64,000 nt of DNA. It comes from Ostrea edulis. Its lineage: Eukaryota. The notes under the pieces were generated by a model, which made no database searches, was not told where the DNA came from, and worked only from the letters and a program-made list of their open reading frames with translations. The stretch spans positions 10,292,001-10,356,000 of the forward strand of contig NC_079172.1 of assembly GCF_947568905.1 (NCBI RefSeq), in the 5' to 3' direction. The position numbers were made by a program, and so were the translations under genes. Shown in pieces: positions 1-14,810 of the stretch (positions within the stretch are counted from its first letter, which is position 1; the number at the start of each line of letters is the position of its first letter).

Positions 1-1440
1 ATGAGGGTCAGAATAGAGGTTAATAACAATTTAATCTCTGAAGAGTCCGCAAAAACAATTATGCAAGCAAGGAAGAGGACCACTAGGGCTATCATTTTCC
101 TCCCTCAGATTGGGGCTATAGGGGTACCAAATGGGGTCTTGCAATTTGGGTCCACTTTTCAGACCTCTCTATCAATTGAATATTGGGTGATCTAACGAAA
201 CGAAGTCAAACATTCAGAACCTTTGAAAGGGATCGCATTTACCTTTATGGGCAATTGAGCTCACCTGAAAGTTCCTAATTTTATATAATGTAGGGTCATA
301 ACGAAGTCAAATAACAACTTAGCAATTGAAATCTGGACTGTCTTGGCCACAGAGACTTAAGCCTTCTGTTTCTCCCCAGAAAGCCCGATCGTCACGGGGA
401 CTATCTCCTCTCCCATGAGTATCATTCTCCAAACCAGGCGAGCTTTCTTCTGATGCAGGAATTCCATTCCCACATAATCTATGGGTCCTCTTTCTTATAT
501 ACCTGCATAATCTTTTAGCAGACTCTTCAAAGAACAACTTGTCATTAGCCTCCGTGATGACCCTCCACAATGTAAAATCATGAACTTTCAGGTGAGCTTA
601 ATTGCCCTTGAAGGCCAATATGACCCCTTTTCATGGTTCTATATGTTTGATTTCATTATTTTCTAGTTCTTTATTAGTTTTGTGTTATTCCATTACCGTA
701 AAGTCAATTATCAGAAAAGTCGGAAAGTAGTCCCACCCCTGAGGCCCTAGGTGGTACCACTATAGCCCCAAACTGAGGGTGGAAAATGATAGCTCTAGGG
801 TCCCCTTTCTTGCTTGTATTATCTTTTGGCGGACTCTTCAAAGATTGATTTATTATTAACTTTCATTATGACCCTACATGATGTAAACTCATGAACTTTC
901 AGGTGAGCTCAATTGTACATTATGCCCTATGTGACCTTTATAAGCGTTCTATGTGTTTGACTTTGTTGTTTTCTACCCGTCTATCAGCTTTGATTTTTTT
1001 CATCATCCAATTATTGGGGAGGTCTGAAAAGGGGTCCCACCTTTGGAATGCAACATGTTGTATTCCTACAGCCCCAAACTGAGAGTGGAAAATGATAATC
1101 CTAGGGGTCTCCTTCCTTGCTTGCATACTCCTTTTGTGAACTCTTCAGAGATGAAGGTGTTATTTATTAGCCATTATCAAGACCCTACGTGATGTAAAAT
1201 TTGAAACTTTTATGTGAGCTTATTTGCTCTTAAAGGCCTACGTGACCTCTTTTAAAGGTTCCGTATGTTTAACTTCATTGTTCTCTAGCCCCAAACTGAG
1301 GGCGGAAATGATAGACCTAGTGGTCCACTTCCTTGCCTGCATACTCCTTTTGTGGACTCTTCAAAGATCAATTTGTTACTAACATTTATTATTCCCCTAT
1401 GTGATGTAACGTCAGGAACTTTCAATTGAGCTCAATTGCC
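1..1440. repeat. Degenerate ~220-310-bp satellite-like units, with the first unit inverted
   Basis: The gactcttca...gaactttcaggtgagct and agccccaaactgag motifs recur at about 520, 830, 1140 and 1355. Bases 1-130 are the reverse complement of about 760-870. Confidence 0.75.
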
Positions 1441-1582
1441 TTCAGGTATGAAACTTGGTAATCAAACACTTGTTGAGTATTCCATCTGAGTACTCGCAGT
1501 ACTTTGATGAATTTTCTTATTGGCTGCTAGCTTCTATAGCCTTATTGGCTGCTGGTTAATGGCTGCTAGTTTAAGCCCAGTA

Positions 1583-1777
1583 GGGATCCGGGTTAGAATA
1601 GGTCCTCATTACCTCTTGCTTGTCGAAAGAGGCGATTAAATGGGACGGTCCTTCGGATGAGACCGTGAAAATCCGAGGCCCAATGTCACAACAGGTGTGG
1701 CATAATAACGATCCCTCCCTGCTCAAAGGCCGTAAGCGCCGAGCATACATGTAGGTCTATATTTTTGCAGCCCTTCA

Positions 1778-1811
<34 letters not shown>

Positions 1812-1830
1812 CTTCTCGAGGGATCTTAGA
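1583..1830 (+). mobile_element. SINE-like interspersed repeat (second copy at 23817-24090)
   Basis: gggatccgggttagaataggtcctca...cccttcaccggcaatggtgacgtctccatatgagtgaaa is shared with the 23817 copy. Its 3' half resembles the tRNA-headed SINE at 61030-61367. Confidence 0.8.
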
Positions 1831-3044
1831 CAATTAATTTATCATATGTTCTAGAACACGTGTTCTATGTTATGACTTAAATTAAAGCCACTACCATTGG
1901 TTACTATTTTTATCATTCAACCTGTAAAACAGGTATTCAAGCACATCACAATCTTCCTCATTCGAAGGCATTTACACCCCCCTCCCACCCACAGTTTGCA
2001 CAAAGTTACGATATTGTTTTAGTTATGAACGTATCATGTGCTTCTACTAATATGTATTTTTTTTTTTATTACAGATGAAGTTGAAATGAAAACTGTAATA
2101 TATTTGTACGTTTAATAAATGCGAGCATATAAGCACTTCTTTCTCTTAACATGTGTGTGGTTATATTGTAAATAATTTATGTTCGTTTGAGTGAAACGAA
2201 TTAGAACATAAATATATAAACAATCCATCAATCATTACTTGAAACAAGAATATCGCAAACGGTACAACATACGCCCGATAGACCTTTAGTGCAATATTTG
2301 TATCCATGATGAGAAAAATTCTAGAAAACCACTTGATCTACTTTTATCCTTAAAGTACGTCACGGTGCGCCAATCAAATTAAAATGTGAACTGATTAATA
2401 TGTATTTCTCCGAAAGGGAGGTTGTGACAAAATTGCAAAGCAATACCTGAATTCATAACGAAAATATATATTTCTATATTCCTCCGAGAGGAAGATCGTG
2501 ACTATTTCAGGGCAATATTAAATTTGTATCCTTAACGAAAACAAGATTTTTCTACTAAGTGATACTACGACCTTGACCTTGAGAAATGATAGGCATCCTT
2601 CGCTTGGCATAAGGTGTATACATGTGTACTACGTTTGATTGTCCTAACCTCAACGATTCGGTCAATATCCTGCCTACAAGGTTTTCTTAAGAAGCGATAC
2701 TTGACCTTTGACCTTGAACAAAAACCATCCTCCAATCGGCATGAGAAATATGTAACGAGTTTGACAGACCGAACCCACACAATAATTCGGTCTGTATTCC
2801 CGCTGTAAAATGGTTGAAATATTGCCAAAAAAAGGCGTAAATCAGTCGATCTGTATTCTGCCTACAAGGTTTTTCTAGTAACTGATGTTACGACCTTGAC
2901 CTTGAAAAACAATAGACATCTTCTAATAATGATGATCAAATGTACCAAGTTGTAAGATCCTGGAGCTTACGGTTCATTTACCATTTTGCCAACAAGGTTC
3001 GGACGAACGGACGGACAGACAGACGGATGACGTCATACCGTAAT

Positions 3045-3445
3045 ACTTATAGGTTATAGACTTTGTATGGGAAAATATGACGACTGAGTTTTTGGCGCGT
3101 AGACGGACCGAGCTTGCGAGGTCCGTCCGCGACAAAAAACGAGGTCGTCATATTTTCCCATACAAAGTCTATAACCTTTTTATTACATATTTTCAATTTC
3201 ATTTAGAAACTAACAATGATTTTATTTTAACAATTTCTTTATTGGTTTATCTGAGTAAAAGATGAAAAACACGAACAATTTGAAAATTAACGGCGTAGTG
3301 TATTGATTGTGACGTAATGTTTGCGGGCCGGAATGTTTCCGGGCATATATCGTGTGATATATGCCCGCAAACGTTAAAAGAAAAAAGGAGAGATGAAATT
3401 GAAAGTATATAATAAATGTACATTTCGTCTTTGACGGGCATATAA
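3045..3445 (+). mobile_element. Non-autonomous foldback repeat with a large terminal hairpin (second copy 33625-33985)
   Basis: ataggttatagactttgtatgggaaaatatgacgac pairs with gtcgtcatattttcccatacaaagtctataacct. The whole unit recurs at 33625-33985. Confidence 0.8.
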
Positions 3446-3919
3446 AAATATGGTCATAATATACAGGAAATGAACAAAAAATAACTACAGGTAGTTTCTC
3501 ACATTTCTTGTATTTCTTTAAAGCACTTCTTTTTACTTTATTTACGCTTTAATCTAAAACAAATTTAGCAGTTACAACACATCACTTAATTTGCGATGTT
3601 GATATGAATTTCCTTATAAACAGGGGTGAAGCGTCTATACTGAAAACAAACATGCATTCTCATACTAGATAAAAAGAAATATTAAATGACATATAAGTAA
3701 CCGACAATGAATGATAACAGAAAAGGGAACATTGCACTGCAGCCACACTTAACATACACGCTGGTATTACAGAAAGCCCACATTGCTTTTCAGTTGCATT
3801 GAACTTCTGAGAGGGTATCTACTCTATCAAATGGCACGAATAAAAATGTTGGCATAATCGGCTGTTCATTATCAGATCTTTGACGACATTGCAGCACATT
3901 TGTCGGTTATGGAGACCGG

Positions 3920-3988
3920 TTACTGCATGTCGTCAGTTATAGAATGAAACGGCTGCTTGTCGGTTCCCCCTCTTCTCGTCACGGCTTT
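3920..3988 (-). CDS. iGluR-like terminal exon: KAVTRRGGTDKQPFHSITDDMQ*
   Basis: Strong ttttttcttgcag acceptor, phase 0, TAA at 3922-3920. A minus-strand AATAAA lies at about 3538-3543. Confidence 0.7.
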   Translation of the reverse strand, partial: KAVTRRGGTDKQPFHSITDDMQ

Positions 3989-6900
3989 CTGCAAGAAAAA
4001 AACCCATCTAATATAAATTTAACATTCGATTCAGCAACAAGCATACTTGTTTTGCTTTTTATAGATATATTCAGTGATATTACAGCATATGGAATTAAAT
4101 TTTTAATTTCAAATTCAGCTAATATCAGGGGAAAATATCACACCGCTAAGAGCTTAACGCCAATCTCTTATCTCAGCTATTAATGATCGGGACTCTTGAT
4201 AAGCTAGTTAGTCGTAAACACATCATAATCTTCATCTTTAAGATATTCTATTCCCAATGAAGAGGATATTTGCAGCAGGTAAACAATTGATTTAAAGTTG
4301 CTGAAAATACTAAACATTATTCTATTATGTAAAATGTATAAGCACACAATTTAAATGACGTTTAGTGTTAATTTATAAGAGATAGAAGTCAAATTTGGAA
4401 AAATAAAATTTTAAAAAATATTACACGGTGACTTATGCTTTTTAGTACCCTAATTCAATGGTGATATCATTGTGGATCTTTTTGTACTTTATTTCTTTAT
4501 TTTTAATCTATGAAAAACGTCTTTTCCCATAGCTATAGATTTTAAAATTAAATTAATTAAGCCACATCTTTCCATTGTGAGATAAATTTCTAAAAGTCTC
4601 TCGGTGAACCCACTTTTTTAATATCTTCTGCTGTAGAAAATTTATATAATTTGCTCGATTTTATTCTTCGTTAAGAAAATATTTTGGGGCTGATTAGGAG
4701 AAGAACACCTTTATCCTTTGGAAGCGTTCGAGGGTTGGAATCCTGCTTGTGCCCAGGCCGCGTCAAAAATACCAGACGTAAAAATAGGTAGTGATTGCAC
4801 CTTCGCTAATTGCTCAGTATTTACAAATGAGAGTCTATGGGAAATGGTATTCGGACGAGACTTAAATATGGAGGTCCGAGACCTTAAATATGGAGGTCCG
4901 AGACCTTAGATACGGAGGTCTAATACCTTACGTACGAAGGTCCGAAATCCTTACGGAGGTCTGAGATCAGTCCCGTATCGCAGCAGGTGTTGGCAAATTA
5001 AATGACCTTCACTGCCACGGCCCTGATCGTCATGTGAAGGTCTACATGTATATTTCAGAAAGTTTCCCTACCGTCGACGACGTTTTAGTATAATATAAGT
5101 AAAGATAATTAAAACACAACCGTCTGAAGCTCTTCCTGAAAGTCGCACCCCTTTTTGTGATAATGATAATAGGTCTTTAAATGCGATTCTCCAAAAAGGA
5201 AATTCCCGATCCAATGATGAATGGAGCTTTTTTTGTTTGATAAATATTATAGAGAAGGTACGAATATTACTCACCTGCACCTTTCGTTCAGTGCATATAT
5301 CAAAAATCAGCAATCCAACTCCTACGACTATCCCTATGGCTAACAGAATGAACATGCTGCCGACTTTTTCCATACTTAGTGCATTGCTCTGAAAGAGATA
5401 TCCCGATGCGTCTTTCTTGCTGTTGAAAGAAGTAATGTATTCCAAATAATCGTCATAAAAATCTGTGTCACAGCCGCCGTCATTCTCCATCCATTTATCT
5501 GTCAGCTCCCGAATTTCGCCATCATTCTTCAGCTTAATAATGGCAACGTCAATATTTCTGCAGACATTGGCGTTCGCACACCCGAAAGCATACGACTTCC
5601 GAATAAAAGAATGGTGAATAAGCATCAAATCGCACGGTAACTGTCCTACATATTGTCGCGCGCTCAATTCCTCCATGATAAATGCATACTGCCCATTGCT
5701 GGTTCTAACTCTTTTGATTCCTTCTTCTGTACTTTTCACCAGTTGGTTGGGATTGTCTTTCAGGTGCTCTCCAATTTTTCTATCTACCTCATCCTTGGCC
5801 TCTGTGAAATACTTGTACGTACTTCCCATTTGAACTGTTCCAAATTGTATTCCGGATTGTTCCGAAAGCTGTTTGAATGAATGAGTAGGGGTGGTTGGAA
5901 TTTGTCTTTGTCCTTGCATCAGGTATACAGCAAAGGCTGATGCCCATGTGACGAATAGAATGATTAGAAACAATGACCAAAAGGCGACTAGAACTCTTGC
6001 AGCTCGGGAGGTACATTTGGATGGCGCAAGACTTCCTGAAAAGCAAGTTTTAATGTATAACGAAAAGAGATTGAAGAACTTTGAATAACTTAATTCAAAA
6101 TATGTAAATGTTTATTGTTAAATAATGATAAAAGTTATGTCGATCAAATTCACATGACTGATAAAATGAGTAGAAGTCAATCTTTTTGCACGTGAGCCGT
6201 TTTGGAAGCCTTATCCGCCTTTGGTAAAAATAAGAAAAAACAATTTTCAAAAATATGTGCGATAAATGATTGATTTTATTTCATATTTTCATAAAGAAAA
6301 AGTTTTAACCAAGAGATTTGTATGAAAATATGAATTGTTTTTAGAATATTCTAATTAAACATGCTCTTCCCATAGACTTGAAAGGAAAATTCCAAGTGAA
6401 ATAAATCGAACAGTAATCAAAATTTCAAATTCCTTTAGTGGATTATATTTGTTTTATAAACTCTAAAATGGTATTTGGGACAAACCTTGCGACTGATGTG
6501 ATAATGCACATGTTACTGTTACGAGAAACAGTGACATCTTTCACATCCGCCAACACAATTTCAGATAAAACAGCGAACTCACTACAAGATGTCTTACTCT
6601 TATTCTGCATGGAGCACTCGATAGACTATGGGCTGTTGTGCGTATAGAGCCTGCTCCTGGCTCTGTTATTAAGGGATGATACTTTCTTGGGTCACTATCG
6701 CATCAATCTCGGGATCGGAAAAATGAAAAATCCAAATAAGAACCCAGTAGCAGAAAATGCTGTTGGTGAACTTGAGGATGAACTGCCAAGACAAGACCCA
6801 AAGGGAGACTCAGACTTAGACTTGCTGCAGCTTTGGCACGACTAAACTCGCGTATTCGTGGCGGGAGTTTATCAGCTCGAGGAATGCACACTCAAAGCAA

Positions 6901-7807
6901 TCAGTTTACCATGAACAACTCCCCATTGTTGACAGAAACATCATCACTCAAAAATATTAACAATGTGGACCTATTATGGCAGCGCGGCGTAGGTAATTTT
7001 TCATATGTACCTGCGTATTTCACTGAAAACATTGCATGAGAACACGATATCTGTATATTGTATAATTCACTGATTCAAATATACCTTTTATATATCTTTA
7101 TCCACATTTAATGCATCTTGCGTAGATAGCCATGCTTTGTTGTATTAGATGGAGCTTAGTCGGGGCGCCACCCTCGTTAGCTACCATTTTCTCTAGCTTA
7201 AGAAATATTTTCCTGGTTATAGAATAGGTCTGGGAAATAACATTTAAAAACTAGATGCTGTCATGAGACAGTAATACCCGCACGTAAGTGTTTGCCTTTA
7301 AATGTACTCTCTGTCCAAATGGCGGATCCAGAGGGGAATCCGGGGATTGGCACCCCCCCCCCTTTCTGTGGGACATCTTTGTAGTGTTGTTTTTTGTTTT
7401 TTTTAAAAATATGATACTGCTAATATTTGTAGGCAATTATTTTTAATGTACAAGTTGAATAAAATATTAACTAGCACTGGGTGATACACGTATATTTATT
7501 TTTATCGATTCATTTTTTTTTCCTTCTTTTTTTGGATTCCTGGACCCCCCCCCTTTTTTTTATATCGCTGAATCCTATAATGTTTAACTAGTAAAGAAGC
7601 CACAGTGTGATTTGGCTACGTCATTGCATTCCAGTTTCAAAAGGGGATGAAGAAGTTGACTCAGTAATTTGACAACTAGGCCTAACGCTATTAAAACAAA
7701 GTACGTACTTAAAGCCAAACCTCGATATACCAAATCTTCAAAACATGACTGAATTCATCGTTTAACGTTTAAACTTACATTTTCGCTACATACCGTTTCG
7801 ACTGCCA

Positions 7808-7851
<44 letters not shown>

Positions 7852-10800
7852 CAATAACTCGAACTTCTTTCCCATTTCAAAAGAAAGAAATTGCGTTGTC
7901 AATAAAACCGACGGGGCTCATATTACTTCGTATTGGGATGGTTTTAAAGGGCAAGTGACTGTAATCGCAAATGAAAGTTCCTAGCAGAAACAACACATAA
8001 GACATGGGCGGATCCAGAAGGGGGGGGGGTCTAGGGCGTCTGGACCCCCCCCCCCCCCCTTTGGAGAACCAAAAAGTTTAAGAAATATTAAATTTTAACG
8101 AGACTTTGAGTCCAAATGATATGAACGGTAGATACTTACATGTATATGTACTACTAATTGCTTCATTCAAATTTATCAACACTATTATAATTATCATTCA
8201 ACTCTAGGATAAATAAGACAACACACTGATAATATATTTACGATATTTTCGTCAGATGCAAGTATCGCTTTTAAAAAGAATTCTTAAAAAGTACATTTGT
8301 ATATATGTAACATAAAAAAATTTGTTTAAGAAGTAGACAATTTGAAAGTGAAAAGGAAGTGCCAGGAAATGTTCAGAATGCAGGACAGAATGCAGGAGTT
8401 GCACCATTTACCCTACAGCTTCTGGGGGCCTAGGCCGCCCCCAGCCTACTGGGAGTAACCCCTCTCTCTCTCTCTCTCTCTCATTTCCTTGCGATATCAG
8501 AAATAGATAGCGGATAGACGTTGTGAAAAGTATCTAAACGATCAAGTGCTGGACCCCCCCCCCCCTCCACTTCAAAAATTCCTACATCCGCTTCTGTACA
8601 AGATATACTTCACAAGAGATAGAATCCGGCAGTAACTCGAAAATCCAGGTTTTCTGCAACTCGTCGTAGTTACTTCAGTGTGTAATTTTTACGACAAGTT
8701 TAATTTTTAGTGAATTACATTCTCAAACAAATGTGATAAAAGTTGATGATCAAACATCGTCATATTCCACTTTATAACTATGATCATTTGACCCAGCTGA
8801 CATTTTTGTGAGCAAAATATTTACGAAGGTAATGTGACCAGGGTTAAATACTAGATGATATAAAGAGAAGAAATAATGGAGTTTGAATGATATCAATGAT
8901 GTTTATTTGTGTTTGAATGCATGATGGTGATCATTGTACATTGATAAAGTGGCTTTTTATAGGATCCGAAACAGTGACATGTGAGAAAGTTGGTTGGCGG
9001 GGATTTCTACTTTCACTTTTGAGGATGCAGTAAACGGACGACAGGAGGGGAAGCTGCGCATTTCCTCGTTGGATGATTTGTGTACATGTGTGGACGTGGA
9101 TGTCATTTCAGTGAGTTCACTTGGATTTGAGAGGCTGAGCAAAGGCACAAAGAAATTGTTTCCTGAGTATAGAGTCTGAAACGAGGATATTGCATCATTC
9201 CTGATCAGGCAAGTCTGGCTTGTTCATTTATTTGATTTATCATTTCTTTTCTTTTTTTTTTTGAATTATTTTTTATTCATTTATTGGTTTACAATATTAC
9301 AGAAGGTGAAATGTACATGTTTAACTATTTCTGTGTATCATGTATGTGTATTTGTTTTAATTTTTAATTTTCTTTTGGGGGGGGGGGGGGGGGGGGGGCT
9401 GTTATCAGTTTGTGTAGAGTGTCAGTTTTGTGTATTACTTAAAGATCAGTACCAGTGTCCTACTGTTGAACATTGGGCAGATATGTAAATTGGCACTTGG
9501 TTGGTTTATGCAGTCCTCCCTGACATTGACAGGGCTTTCCCATGGAGACTGTTTTCTAAGTTATGGTAGAGTGTCAGTCATCTATCTGTGTCTCGCAAGT
9601 ACTTGGTGCAGACAGCTATCATGCTGAATCCCGTGAAGGAAGGGGATATAGACTTCCTTTGGAATGACGTACATACTCAATGTTGCGTCGCTTGTGGAGA
9701 CCCACATCTTGAAGAGTGACCTTGACTTTTGACCTTGACCCCATTTTTAAAGGTCAACCACCTAAGACTTTGTGGAGGAGAAAGTGATCTTGACCTTTGA
9801 CCTTGACCCAGTTTCAAGGTCATTCAAGGTCAACAATCCTAGAATATCATGTGACTACTCCTAAAGATGTAGATGGAGCTTTATGATAGAAAACATCATT
9901 TTTCGGCCCCTATTTGCCCCCTGGGGCCAATATGAAAATTCCGAAACCTTATTGCACATCTACAGGACATTACTATTCAGCTCCTTGAATATCATGTGAC
10001 TATTCCTAAAGATGTAGATGGAGTTAAAGTGACAAGCTTTGTGATAGAAAACGTCATTTTTCAGCCCCTATTTGCCCCCTAGGGCCGATATGAAAATTCC
10101 AAAACCTTATTGCACATCTACAGGACATTACTATTCAGCTCCCTAAATATCATGTGACTATTCCTAAAGATGTAGATGGAGTTTAAGTGACAAGCTTTGT
10201 GATAGAAAACGTCCTTTTTCGGCCCTTATTTGCCCCCTGGGGCCAATATGAAAATTCCGAAACCTTATTGCACATCTACAGGACATTACTAATCAGCTCC
10301 TAGAATATCATGTGACTGCTCCTACAGATGTAGATGGAGTTTAAGTGACAAGCTTTATGTTAGAAAATGTCATTTTTCAGGCCCTATTTGCCCCCTGGGG
10401 CCAATATGAACATTCTGAAACCTTATTGCACATCTACAGAACTTTGCTATTCAGTTCCTAGAATATCATTTGGATTGCGCTGTAAATGTGGACACAGTTT
10501 TAGTGACAACAACCGGGACAGACGGACGGATGGACGGACGGACCGGGATAAAAACAATATACCCGAACTTTCTTTAGAAAGTGCGGGTATAATAACAACG
10601 AGACTAATATCATCAGCAGTGCCTTGTAAAGACACACTCGAGAAAGCCTCGCAGCGACGATGCTCTCTCTCTCTCTCAGCTGATGATCTTGTACATGTAT
10701 ACCTATACTCAGATAAAGATAAAACAAATATCCCACCCAAGACACATTGTGGTATTAATCATAATAATTAATGGATGGCAACCAGCTCAGAGCTAACCCG

Positions 10801-13667
10801 TAGAAAGTCAATAATGGGGAATGATACTGCATCCCATCTCAAATAAAACCACACCGAACACTGTCGTCCTGATGGCTGCGAAACGTATCGCTACCAAAAA
10901 TGAGCAATATAGTGACCGTAAATCCATTGATCCTTTGCCAGTTGGAACTCCCATTCAACCTAATACTAAACAGACCCGTTATCTTCACAGAATACTACGC
11001 ATCTTCTGGCCAAATACCACACCGAATGAAGAGCTGTACCGAAGGACTAACACCTCTACCACACGAAATAATAAAGAGAAAATGGTTGTGAATAGGGCAC
11101 ATATGTAGAGGGCACCCGACCTGCACCCCAAGGGTTGCATTGAGATGTACACCACCCGGCAAGAGAAATAGAGGAAGACCGAGAGACCTGGAGGAGATCA
11201 GTACAGAAAGAAATGAAGGAGAACTGGACATGGGGGGTCAGGTCCAGAGTTGGACACAAGACAGATACAGCATTGGAAGTCTCTGGTGACGGCCTTATGT
11301 GCTGACCAGCACGAATAGGATTAAGTAAGTACTAAGTAAAATAGATTTGAACACAGTCCCTATTAAAGCCCATCTGGGTCCCGAATGTTCACTCTACATA
11401 GTGAGCGTCTATGCAAGCGGTTTCATTCCTTACCAGTATAAAGAGACAAACTGAAAGACATGGCACAAACTTTGATCAGAGACTACATGAACACAGAAGT
11501 TTACCTTGTAAACACAGTCTATAGAAGATAACAGGAACTGCGTCGGCAATATTCCTCAACAAACTCGACTCAGCATCATCTTCCAAAGGATCAAAACTGT
11601 CAAACAGAACATTAAGGGGGTGCTAGATCAACAATACCTAAATTATCATTAAATATTCATTCCCTCCTATCTAGTACAAATAAAAATAAATCAAGCTGCT
11701 GCTTTAATAAGATTTTTGATAATGGAACTTTTTTTATTTCACTTACTGTACGAAGACGCCATAGAGAATGGGAATAAGCAAACAAGCAAATAAGAAGGCA
11801 ATCCACACGCCTGCCTCAAAGGGCTGTAGGAACGTCACAAAACCCTTTACGGCCTCCCAGCCTCGCACACTCGGCTTCTTCATGACGATGGTCAGTCCCA
11901 CCTCGGCGAAGGGGTGAGCGAAACTAATAACTTTAGCTCTCTCAGCTGTCATGGTTAGACTGGCCGCTGCGATGTCTGCATCCTGCAGAGAAAGTAAGGT
12001 TTCATTTTGTTCATGGTATCGATCTCCTATTGATGATGATATAGCGCTTAGTGTAAATTATGACGGCGTGAATGCGTTGCAGTTCACAACCTCATGTATT
12101 TTCAAAACTGAAGTACATTCGTGTGAAATTTACGTTCTACTTTCGATTCCCAGCCATCCAAATAGACGTACTATATTCATCTGTATTCATACGCGCATTG
12201 TTTACAAGTCAAACACATTCATGAGGAAATGGTTCTCATTACAATTTGTAAAAATATAGGACAAAAACATTGAAAATTAATTACCATATAGAATCTTAAA
12301 TATTGATAGCCTAAAATTGGATTGAGTTGATTTTCTTTCTGGTCTAGAAATTTCATTGGCAAGATAACGTGCTAGTCTCCATGAGTCTACATCTTATCGC
12401 CAGTAATGATCACATTTAATCATGATTTAAAACGCCTTTGTATGATATATGTTACAATTTTAATTGATGCTGATACTTTAGTGTATATTTTTGCAGTTAA
12501 AGTTATCCAGATAGAGGTGTCTTTGCTCACAGCACGTACTGCTTCCCTATACAAATATATACATTTCCAATGTTTTTACAATCAATATCTTTCCCATTTG
12601 AAATAAAACCCATTTCCTCATGAATGTGAACAATGTGCGTATGAATCTTGATAAATATAGTACGACTATTTTAACGACTGGAAATATTCCGACAGAAATG
12701 AAAGTAAAATGAAAATATAAACGGGGGCAATATGTGGATCATCATTCTCTACCCAGAGTTCCGTGCACTACTCGCACTATACCTCTGCCAACGGTTGGTT
12801 TAAACTATATTTATTGAATGAAACTTTGCATGAAACATACAAACAGGTGCAAAATGAAACAGGATTCGGAAACAAGCACTACCATTTATAAAAATCCGTC
12901 TTCTATTTTACATTGATAAATCAGAATCGTGTTATGGCTATGGCATATATATATGCGAGTCGTCATTTACATGTACATACAAAATAATGATAAAACTGTG
13001 GTGATGATAATGTGTGATGGGGTTGTGTGAATATTGCAACATCATTTAGAACATATACATAAGGCTCATATTAGAATGCAAGCATAAGTATTACTGATAT
13101 ATCAGGTTTTATAGGGTACAGCAAATCTTTTACTTTGAATAATAAATTTATGTACTGATTGAAATATAGTTATGTTTTCAGATACTGATAAGTGTGAATT
13201 TCCAAAAAGCATAGTGTTTGTGTTAATGTTACACAATATATTGAGTTAGATTTAAAAAAAAAAAAGAAAAAAGATACCTGGCCCTGAGTTGATGGTACAA
13301 TGGGCATTCTAAGAGATAATGTTTGCTGTCTTTTACTTTACCACATAAGCATAAAGGACTGTCAACAATATTTTTTGTGAATAAATGATACTTTAATGAA
13401 CTGGAATTCATGTGTAGACGTGCATGTAAAATCTGAGCTTGTCGTGAACTTATGAGAAAGTATGGCGGAGGGGATTTAATATTTATGTTTAGATGCCTTT
13501 TGAGATTTTATATTGAGGGGTTGTTTTTCACATCGCCAGAAATGAATTTTTGTATTGCGTGGTTTTACATTTGGTTTGTAAAATATTGTCAGCTTGTCTT
13601 GTGTTATCTGCCAACGGTTAATTCACGGGCACTGGAAGTTAATGTAAATATATAGTATGTGCATGTA

Positions 13668-13703
<36 letters not shown>

Positions 13704-14776
13704 TCACCTTGGTCCATATCAGAAGACTTTCTATATATATTTGCATGTAAAACCGTAGTCCCTATTATGGCCCCAACCTACCCCTGGAGGCCATAGTTTT
13801 TGCAAACTTGAATCTACACTATGTCAGAAAGCTTTCATGTAAATGTGAACTTCTTTGGCCCAATGGTTCACGAGAAGAAGATATTTGAAGATTTTTCCTA
13901 TATATTTGTATGTAAAACTTTGATCCCTCCTTGTGGCCCCATCCTACCCCCAGGGGCCATGATTTGAACAAACTTGAATCTGCACTATATCAGACAGCTT
14001 TCATGTAAATATCAGCTTTTCTGGCTCAGTGGTTCTTGAGAAGATTTTTTAAAAAAAATTCCTATATATTTGTATGTAAAACTTTGATCCCCTATTGTGG
14101 CCCCATCCTACAACAGGGGGCCATGATTTGAACAAACTTAACTCTGCTCTATGTTAGGAAGCTGTTCATGTGAATATCAGCTTTTCTGGCTCAGTGGTTC
14201 TTGAGAAGAAGATTCTTAAAGATTGTCCCTATATATTTGTATGTAAAACTTTGATCCCCCTTGTAGCCCCATCCAACCCCCAGGGGCCATGATTTGAACA
14301 AACTTGAATCTGCACTATGTCAGAAAGCTTTCATGTAAATATCAGCTTTTCTGGCTTAGTGGTTCTTGAGAAGAAAATTTTTAAAGATCTTTCCTATATA
14401 TTTGTATATAAAACTTTGATCCCCTATTGTGGCCCCATCCGACCCCCGGGGGCCAGGATTTTAACAATTTAGAATCTGCACTACCTAATAAAGCTTATCT
14501 ATAAATTTCATCTTTTCTAGCCCAGTGGTTCTCGAGAAGAAGATTTTTTAATGACCCTACCCTATTTTTACCTTTTCTTGATTATCTCCCCTTGGAAGGT
14601 GGCCTGGCCCTTTATTTTAACAATTTAGAATTCCCTTTACCTAAGGATGCTTTGTGCCAACTTTGGTTGAAATTGGCCCAGTGGTTTTTGAGAAGAAGTT
14701 AAAAATGTTAAAAGTTTACAGACGGACAGACGGATGGACAGACGGACGGACGCCGGAATACGGGTGATCAGAAAAG

Positions 14777-14810
<34 letters not shown>

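Noticed and set aside
5068-5274. ORF extension after ERKVQ (VSNIRTF...RRRR)
   Set aside because: Read-through into an intron. A GTGAGT donor at 5274 splices in frame to 3988.
8960-9180. Exon-like plus-strand block after an acceptor-like ttttatag
   Set aside because: It has stops or frameshifts in all frames and no recognisable family or partner exons.
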